From a virus (Duplodnaviria; Caudoviricetes), in the IMG/VR virus record IMGVR_UViG_3300030060_006589, positions 1 to 60,568 of that record: DNA of 60,568 bases, one strand, 5' to 3'. The notes under the pieces were generated by a model. The model was not told the origin of the DNA, ran no database searches, and saw nothing but the letters and a program-made list of their open reading frames with translations. Below, in pieces: positions 54,227-60,568 of the stretch (the first letter of the stretch is position 1; each line of letters opens with the position of its first letter). The translations under genes and the position numbers were made by a program.

Positions 54227-56284
54227 TTATGCCATGGATCCAGGAAAATTCCATTCTCCATCTATTATATTATCTTCACCCATAGCAAACTCTTTTCTAT
54301 TGCCATCCTCTATTACAACTTTCTTAATTTTCTTTAAATTATCAAGACCACCCTGGTAAGATTTTAATTCTTCTGAACTAAACAGTGAATTATTTACAGG
54401 GAAGAATCCCGCTATACCATCATCATTATTTAATATTTGATCTATAGTTTCTGACTTCCAATTCTCTCCTACATATAGTTTCCTAACGTCATCACTTTCT
54501 TTAGGCTTCCAGTACCCTTCAACACCAAACACTACTAATCCATTTTCTGCCGATTCAGCATCTGCAAATATAAATGAATTTGTATCCTTATCCCATGAAG
54601 TGTTTGCCATTAATTCACCAGTTCTTTTATCTATAACTCTATAACCCATCTTTCCTGCGGACAAATTACCTTGGACTCCACCCTTTTGAAGAATTTTAGT
54701 TAAGGTATTATCATAAGCTACGAATCCAATATCATTTTGGCTATTTAAATTATTAATATCTGTTTTTTGCCACGCTCTTTCTTTATTTTTAAGATCTTTA
54801 GTTAAAGTCAGCTGTCCACCTATATCGTTAGTTGCAGTTACCTTTTCATTAGTATTTTCATCGTAATCAATAACATACGTTAGCGTATCAGAAGTAGCAT
54901 TGTTCCAATCCCATATCTCAGATCCAGTTTGAGTCACAGTGCTTGGGGCTTTAATATTAACACTAGCATGTCTAGACTTCCACTGAGACAAGATCATTTC
55001 ATTCATGTAATCCTGATAAGTTTCTATTTTTTTACCTGGAGCGTATTTACTAGATCCTTTTAAAGACTCTGGCAATTCTCCTAGTAACTTTTCTGTATCA
55101 TTAGGGTCTTGAGAGTCACCTAATTGTATTAGTCTAACAACTTCATCTAAAGCTTCTGGGCTAGGATTTAAATTACCTTGTTGCTTTAATATCTCCTCTG
55201 CCGCCATTCTAGAAGCTATATTTCCATAGTTAGTCATCCAACCACCTTTCCCTTGATTTAAGGTTCTATTCCATCTTGAATTTTCATTTGCTTGATCCCA
55301 CAGACCATTCATAGCTTCAGCAGTTATATAAGAATTAGTTCCTCCAACAGCCTCATCTCTTATTAAATCAAACTGTAATCCCTCAGATATCTTAATAATT
55401 CCATTTGTAGAGTATTTATTTTTATCTAATTGAGTAAAGTCTCTACTCCAGTAGTCATGAAAAGCAACCTCACTACCTTCTTCACCATACACTATATTAC
55501 CTTTGACATCAAACTTTAATAAAAGAGGATTGTACTCTTGATTGTAGATAGACTCAAATTTATACTTTCCTGATTTTGCTTTAACAACCTGATTATTTCC
55601 ATCTAATCCATACGCCACGAGAGGCTTACCATCGGAGCTTAATAAATACTGCTCCCCATTAGGACCTGTTTCATATTGATATTCACCATTTACTTTAAGT
55701 GCTGTTTGTTGTCCTGAACCATCGTCATTAGCTGTACCCTCAGCGTTCCACATCCAGCTGTATTGATCCATATTTTCTCCATCACCCATTTTCTCCTCAA
55801 CCATCTCTTTAGTCAGCAATACATCATCCTGCTCTAATAGATCTATATTATAAGTGTGACCACCGAACTCATCTACGTCATATACTTTATCGTAAAAAGC
55901 TTTGTAGTCGGTAACATATCCTGAAGTATGATCTGCAAAATGACCTACCTGACGTAGCATATTTTCATATATAGTGTTTATAGCATCATTATATTCTCCC
56001 TCTATATCGTCAGTAGCTGTGTTTTTATGATTAAGTTCGTTAGCGTATCTAGCAGCAAATGCATCTAGTTGCCTAAATAGCTCTTCCTGTCCAGGCATGA
56101 ATTTTTCAGCAAACGTAGGATTTATTTCTGTTTTTCTAACAGCAGATTGTTTCATCTCATCACCCTCCTTTCCCTGTCTTTGATTAATCTGTCTCTCTCT
56201 GAGTCTTAGTTCTTGCTTCTTTAATCTGTGACCAGCAAAGTCAAATATATTAGGGTTAAAACCACTAGTAAATCCTCCAGCCAT
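54227..56284 (-). CDS. Probable ejection/internal virion protein
   Basis: 685 aa, positioned between the small cargo gene and the giant gene. Confidence 0.55.
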   Translation of the reverse strand: MAGGFTSGFNPNIFDFAGHRLKKQELRLRERQINQRQGKEGDEMKQSAVRKTEINPTFAEKFMPGQEELFRQLDAFAARYANELNHKNTATDDIEGEYNDAINTIYENMLRQVGHFADHTSGYVTDYKAFYDKVYDVDEFGGHTYNIDLLEQDDVLLTKEMVEEKMGDGENMDQYSWMWNAEGTANDDGSGQQTALKVNGEYQYETGPNGEQYLLSSDGKPLVAYGLDGNNQVVKAKSGKYKFESIYNQEYNPLLLKFDVKGNIVYGEEGSEVAFHDYWSRDFTQLDKNKYSTNGIIKISEGLQFDLIRDEAVGGTNSYITAEAMNGLWDQANENSRWNRTLNQGKGGWMTNYGNIASRMAAEEILKQQGNLNPSPEALDEVVRLIQLGDSQDPNDTEKLLGELPESLKGSSKYAPGKKIETYQDYMNEMILSQWKSRHASVNIKAPSTVTQTGSEIWDWNNATSDTLTYVIDYDENTNEKVTATNDIGGQLTLTKDLKNKERAWQKTDINNLNSQNDIGFVAYDNTLTKILQKGGVQGNLSAGKMGYRVIDKRTGELMANTSWDKDTNSFIFADAESAENGLVVFGVEGYWKPKESDDVRKLYVGENWKSETIDQILNNDDGIAGFFPVNNSLFSSEELKSYQGGLDNLKKIKKVVIEDGNRKEFAMGEDNIIDGEWNFPGSMA

Positions 56285-56286
56285 TA

Positions 56287-57519
56287 TTATATATATTTTA
56301 TTTTTGATTTAGGTTTGTAGTGCATTTTGGCTCCACCCATAGCTACTTGATCTAAGTTTTTTTCTCTATGTGCTTGAGCTGCCTGCTCCCATTTAGCAAA
56401 TAATCCTTTTAATTTATTAAAGACAGCATCCTTATCTCCTTCAGCTAAAAGATTTTCAAACTCAGCAACATCTTTAGGAGGCACAATAGCCTCACCTCCA
56501 GTCATTTCTCCTATTTTTTCACCTTCCTGAACTATATCAATAGGATTCTCTTCGTGAGAAAACTTTCCTGGTGTAACATCAGCTTTTTCAGCTGGCACAA
56601 TATTTTGTTTTTCTCCCTCTTCATATTCCACTTCTTTATCTTCAGAATTTGTTAATTCTTTCTTTTTTTCAACCTTCATACCTTCTTCCCCAAATGGATC
56701 AATAAGACCTACAACAGTATCTATACCAGCAGAAATAAAATCTGACCAGGCAGCTAGTTCTTGCCCTTCTAGCTCAATTAATCCTGCTATCGCTGATGCT
56801 GATAAATCACCTCCTGCTGCTGCTGACTGAGCCGCTAAATCTCCTGCTAAATCAAACATAGACTGGTCTGCACCAAACTGCTGCTGAGCCTGTTGACCAA
56901 CTAACTGACTTGTTTGCCCTGTTTCAAACTTTTCTATGTCTGTTAACTGTTGTTGATATCTTTCATCCATGGCAGCACCTTTCTCTTGAGCCTGTATAAG
57001 AGCTTGATCTGTAGATCCTAAAACATCTTTTATACCTGTCATCTTACCTGTTCTACCTATATCACTTAATACTCCTGTTGTTTGCTGACCTATACTATCT
57101 TTTATACCTTCCATAAATTCAGTAGAAGTTTTCTTAGGTCTAGCTATACCTATATTATCAATCTGATCTTGAAGTGTTTGATAGGATGCTAGATCATCGG
57201 GGTCAGAACTAAAGCCTGTATTTGTTGCAACTTGATTAGCTAAATTATATCCTGTAGTTCCAGCACCTAATTGTTGATCTACACCCATTTGATATAAACC
57301 TCCAGCACCTGTAAATGTGTCTTCCCATTCCTCTCCCCCCAGTATTTCTTGCATACTACCAATCCCAAATAAATTAACAAGAGGGTTTATAATGGGGCTT
57401 ATAAGTCCATATTGAGCTTTATAATGTTTGCCATCAGATTTATAAGACTTTTTCTTATTTTTTCCTCCTTTGCCATATTTTACGGAAGATGTGGGCTTAT
57501 ATGTATATTTTTTCTTCAT
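56287..57519 (-). CDS. Probable ejection/pilot protein
   Basis: 410 aa, Gly/Ala/Gln-rich helical region, TPGKFSHEENPI...EMTGGEAI segment, KYGKGG and KAQYG motifs. Confidence 0.6.
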   Translation of the reverse strand: MKKKYTYKPTSSVKYGKGGKNKKKSYKSDGKHYKAQYGLISPIINPLVNLFGIGSMQEILGGEEWEDTFTGAGGLYQMGVDQQLGAGTTGYNLANQVATNTGFSSDPDDLASYQTLQDQIDNIGIARPKKTSTEFMEGIKDSIGQQTTGVLSDIGRTGKMTGIKDVLGSTDQALIQAQEKGAAMDERYQQQLTDIEKFETGQTSQLVGQQAQQQFGADQSMFDLAGDLAAQSAAAGGDLSASAIAGLIELEGQELAAWSDFISAGIDTVVGLIDPFGEEGMKVEKKKELTNSEDKEVEYEEGEKQNIVPAEKADVTPGKFSHEENPIDIVQEGEKIGEMTGGEAIVPPKDVAEFENLLAEGDKDAVFNKLKGLFAKWEQAAQAHREKNLDQVAMGGAKMHYKPKSKIKYI

Positions 57520-57524
57520 TTTTA

Positions 57525-57532
57525 CAAATATA
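57525..57532 (-). promoter_or_regulatory. -7 element TATATTTG 5 nt before the ATG of the ejection-protein operon
   Basis: Minus strand reads TATATTTG-taaaa-ATG. Confidence 0.55.
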
Positions 57533-57556
57533 TTTATTATTTTTCACTTCTACAAG

Positions 57557-60500
57557 TTAGTCATCACTTAACTCACTATTAAATATTGTAGCACTACCAC
57601 TGAATATTTCCAGTAGCTGCTTGGACTTTTTCTTCATTTTCACCTCCATGTACCTACCTTTCATTCTATCTCCCTCAGCAAAACCGCTTCTCTTGATAAA
57701 TAAAAACTCATTAGCAAAAGGATTCGCATCTTCATTTAATACAATTTCTGTACTACTATTTAATTCAGATATAGTACCTACAAGGACATCGTTAGTTCCA
57801 TCACTATAAAATAACTGGTCCCCATAAGAGTCAGATGTTACATCAGAAGAAGTTCCTAATATAATGTTTGAGGATCCAAAACTCGTATCGGTTCCCGTTA
57901 CAGTTGTTAAAGATTCCTCTAAAATTTGACCATTACCTAGTCCTATAATCTCTGACCCCGTGCTACCACCTGTAACAAAAGGTATTTGTGTATATTGTTT
58001 ATTTTCTCTCTGATCAAAATTATGTCTATCAATAGAAGTTTCTGTCATATCAGTAATTAAAGTGATATCATAAGAGGTGTTTTCAGTTTCTTCTACTCCT
58101 TGATCATCTACCTCAAAAGCTTGATTAGCTTCTAAAGTTATAGACTTAAATCCTTTTACTGTTGATGGCATATCGTTTATAGAGAAGTCTAGCTCAGTAT
58201 TGTAAGTTATACCATAGAAAGTGTTATAATTTTCATCATCAATATCATGCAGATATAGACTACCACCATCCCAAGAAACAAACAGTCTATTTATCTTACA
58301 ATAATATTCAGCAATATGAGAATAAAAACTTGTCCATCTCTTCTGCTTATCTCTCCAAGCTGCTACTGAACCATCAATAAAGTTTAATCCATGTGCCACC
58401 GCTTCCTCCCACTGCTCAAAACTTTCCCACTGGTCTGAATTTTGATCAAACGTTTTTCTTGAGTGAGGTATAGGGTCTGTTTGAACTAAATATTCTTCAT
58501 GCTTAGGATTAAATCCACCTTTTATTCTAAAATATTTATGTTCACCTGAAATCATTGATCCATTTATAGAACCATAATTACTACTCCAATTATACTGAGG
58601 ATCATAAGTTCTATATTCCTCCTCTTTATCTCTAAAGTAATCATGCATCTTAGCATCAGATATAGGAGTTATACCATCTCCAGAAAGTCTCAATACAGCT
58701 CCTCTTCGTATATCTGTCCAATATAACACCATTCCATTAGCTACAAATGACTCAGGGTTTCTGCTAATACCGTAATTACCAGCAAATGGTATCATAGGGT
58801 TTAAAACTTTATTAGAAACACCAACAGTGCCTTGACCATCAGCACTAAGAAGTATATCTCTTTGAACAGGTATTTTATAGGTAGCATCTTCCTGTATCAT
58901 CACTATGTCAGTCTCTCTATAGAATAATTTTTGTATAGTTCCATATATCCTACTATAATCTTCCCAGTTTCCTAAATTGTAATCAAAGGTGCTAAGACCA
59001 TTAAAATTAGTTGCTGGCTGATAAACATCAGAATATGTTATAGAGGCTTCTTTGTCAATTTGCTTATAAAATGCTGAATACACATTAGCCCTACCTATAC
59101 TAACATGATTACTATCTGTGTAGTCGTTTAAGAAATAGTCTTCTACATAAAATTCTTCAAACCCTCTAGTTCCAGAGTTAAAATTCTGCATTCTTCTTTT
59201 CTTGTAATACACATCGCCAAATAAAAACTCTCCTGTAGCAGGGTCAGCAAATGTAGAGTTTCCAAAAGCATCTGTAGTAACAACTCCCCCCTGATTCGAC
59301 AAGGGACCTAAATGCACACCTCCACTGGTGCTTATATTATATAACTCACTAAACTCAAAATACAGAAGCTCTCCTGGATCTGCGTCTGGTTTAGGTTTGT
59401 ATATTTCAACTACCGCCTGCTCTAATAAATCACTGTTTGCAGCAACAGAAGCTGCGGAGTAGTTAGCTAAAGGGTTTCCATTCGTGTCTAATAATTGGTC
59501 TATAACTAGGTACCATCCATCTTCTGAGCCATCATTTTCAAGTGCATTTAATCCGTCAATATCCCTTATAGGTATATTAGGATTGTTTTGAGCATAAAAC
59601 TCAAACCCCGAAACTCTAGCGTCTATATATTCTGTTAAAAAAGTATCACCAGTAAATGCTGTTGTGGTTTGACTACCTCCAGTTATAATCCTTACCCTAT
59701 CACCTTTTGTAAATTCATAATCTAAGATGCTTATATCAGGATTTGGAACTGCGTTAGGATCTAGCTCAGCGTTTGTTATATATGAGTCATCAGAACCTTT
59801 TAAACCCCTTAAACTTAAGAATATTCTATTATCATCAGAAGCTGGATCTTGATTATTAAAGGCGTGTAATACTCTAAACTGAACAAATTCATCTACAGTG
59901 TTGTTTCTAGAGTAGAACCATCTATAGTATTTAGCCCAATCAGGAGCTTGATGGTGTATTTCCCATTTCATTGTTACAGCTCCAGTAAGATCAGCGGTTA
60001 CACCAGTGGGAACGTCACCACTTACCCTCTCTGTAGGAAACTTTACGTAACACTTAGACGTGTCATCGGTTAACACTGTAGAACACCTACCCTTTTCATC
60101 GTAATAAGCTATACCAAAACTATGATAAGCTCCACTTTTAAAAGAAGGCACTGCATCTCCTGTTTCAAATGTTACTAGATTTTGATATGTGGCTCCACCA
60201 TATAAACCCGCTTGACTATGTCCATACTGAGGAGCAACATTTAATGACACTTTAGGCACATCAAAAGCTTCAGTGTAGTTACCATATGCTAATCTATTGT
60301 TTCCTAATATTGTTTGTGTATGTGCAGATCTAGGCACAGCATCAAATAACCTTTCTCCTTCTCCCGCCTGAACAATAGGATATGCTTGGTCATTGTAAAA
60401 AGTTATTTGTTGTTCTGACTCATCATTTAATTGCCAAGCACTGAAATCATTATCTAATGTAGCAATTAAAGAATATGGACCTCTATTACCTCTACTTGTA

Positions 60501-60568
60501 ATTCCCAAATCTTTACACTTTCTTCCAGCTATCTCTATTTTTTTAACTATACCTGATGAGTTTTTTAC
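57557..60568 (-). CDS. Tail stabilisation/muzzle protein, C-terminal part, open to the right edge
   Basis: The frame stays open to 60568 (VKNSSGIVKKIEIAGRKCKDLG). Motifs FDAVPRSAHTQTILGNNRLAYGNY, FGIAYYDEKGR, YGTIQKL, YGISRNPESF and RGAVLRLSGDGITPISDAKMHDYFRD. Confidence 0.8.
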   Translation of the reverse strand, partial: VKNSSGIVKKIEIAGRKCKDLGITSRGNRGPYSLIATLDNDFSAWQLNDESEQQITFYNDQAYPIVQAGEGERLFDAVPRSAHTQTILGNNRLAYGNYTEAFDVPKVSLNVAPQYGHSQAGLYGGATYQNLVTFETGDAVPSFKSGAYHSFGIAYYDEKGRCSTVLTDDTSKCYVKFPTERVSGDVPTGVTADLTGAVTMKWEIHHQAPDWAKYYRWFYSRNNTVDEFVQFRVLHAFNNQDPASDDNRIFLSLRGLKGSDDSYITNAELDPNAVPNPDISILDYEFTKGDRVRIITGGSQTTTAFTGDTFLTEYIDARVSGFEFYAQNNPNIPIRDIDGLNALENDGSEDGWYLVIDQLLDTNGNPLANYSAASVAANSDLLEQAVVEIYKPKPDADPGELLYFEFSELYNISTSGGVHLGPLSNQGGVVTTDAFGNSTFADPATGEFLFGDVYYKKRRMQNFNSGTRGFEEFYVEDYFLNDYTDSNHVSIGRANVYSAFYKQIDKEASITYSDVYQPATNFNGLSTFDYNLGNWEDYSRIYGTIQKLFYRETDIVMIQEDATYKIPVQRDILLSADGQGTVGVSNKVLNPMIPFAGNYGISRNPESFVANGMVLYWTDIRRGAVLRLSGDGITPISDAKMHDYFRDKEEEYRTYDPQYNWSSNYGSINGSMISGEHKYFRIKGGFNPKHEEYLVQTDPIPHSRKTFDQNSDQWESFEQWEEAVAHGLNFIDGSVAAWRDKQKRWTSFYSHIAEYYCKINRLFVSWDGGSLYLHDIDDENYNTFYGITYNTELDFSINDMPSTVKGFKSITLEANQAFEVDDQGVEETENTSYDITLITDMTETSIDRHNFDQRENKQYTQIPFVTGGSTGSEIIGLGNGQILEESLTTVTGTDTSFGSSNIILGTSSDVTSDSYGDQLFYSDGTNDVLVGTISELNSSTEIVLNEDANPFANEFLFIKRSGFAEGDRMKGRYMEVKMKKKSKQLLEIFSGSATIFNSELSDD

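Noticed and set aside
1312-57809. Short opposite-strand or alternate-frame ORFs in the track (for example 1312, 2592, 7889, 20035, 40810, 48855, 57621)
   Set aside because: They lie inside longer, well-supported genes, lack the start motif, and have shadow-ORF composition.
1-60568. Stop-codon reassignment as in some crAss-like phages
   Set aside because: Long genes are intact in the standard code, TAG and TGA end genes at tight junctions (terL, primase-helicase), and no suppressor tRNA is visible.
60540-60568. Exact circular closure of the window
   Set aside because: Joining base 1 to base 60568 shifts the frame by one, and I found no terminal repeat.

Overview
The window is most of the genome of an AT-rich tailed phage of a Bacteroidota (probably flavobacterial) host. 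Host assignment rests on TTTG-N19-21-TAnnTTTG promoters, A-rich translation starts without Shine-Dalgarno sequences, and Q-rule signal peptides. The minus strand carries a crAss-like podovirus morphogenesis module: terminase, portal, probable scaffold, major capsid, tail ring and stabilisation proteins, fibres and three probable ejection proteins, one of 3902 aa. The plus strand (25.6-37.0 kb) carries small early genes and a recombination/replication block: Rad52/Sak-like annealing protein, RecE-like nuclease, DnaA-domain-IV-like protein, SSB, primase-helicase and resolvase. No DNA or RNA polymerase is recognisable. Both window ends appear to fall inside one tail gene. The strongest unannotated signal is two tandem type I hammerhead ribozymes (26388-26521 and 26716-26775). 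Each is built into the last codons and stop of one early ORF and is predicted to cut 26-27 nt before the next start codon. Other candidates are a pseudoknot-capable RNA, an RNA antisense to the early translation-start motif, a cell-envelope module (beta-barrel, LDLa protein with a T9SS-like tail, exported thioredoxin-like protein) and a possible -1 slippage site in the giant gene. All protein calls come from motif recognition and gene order, not database searches.
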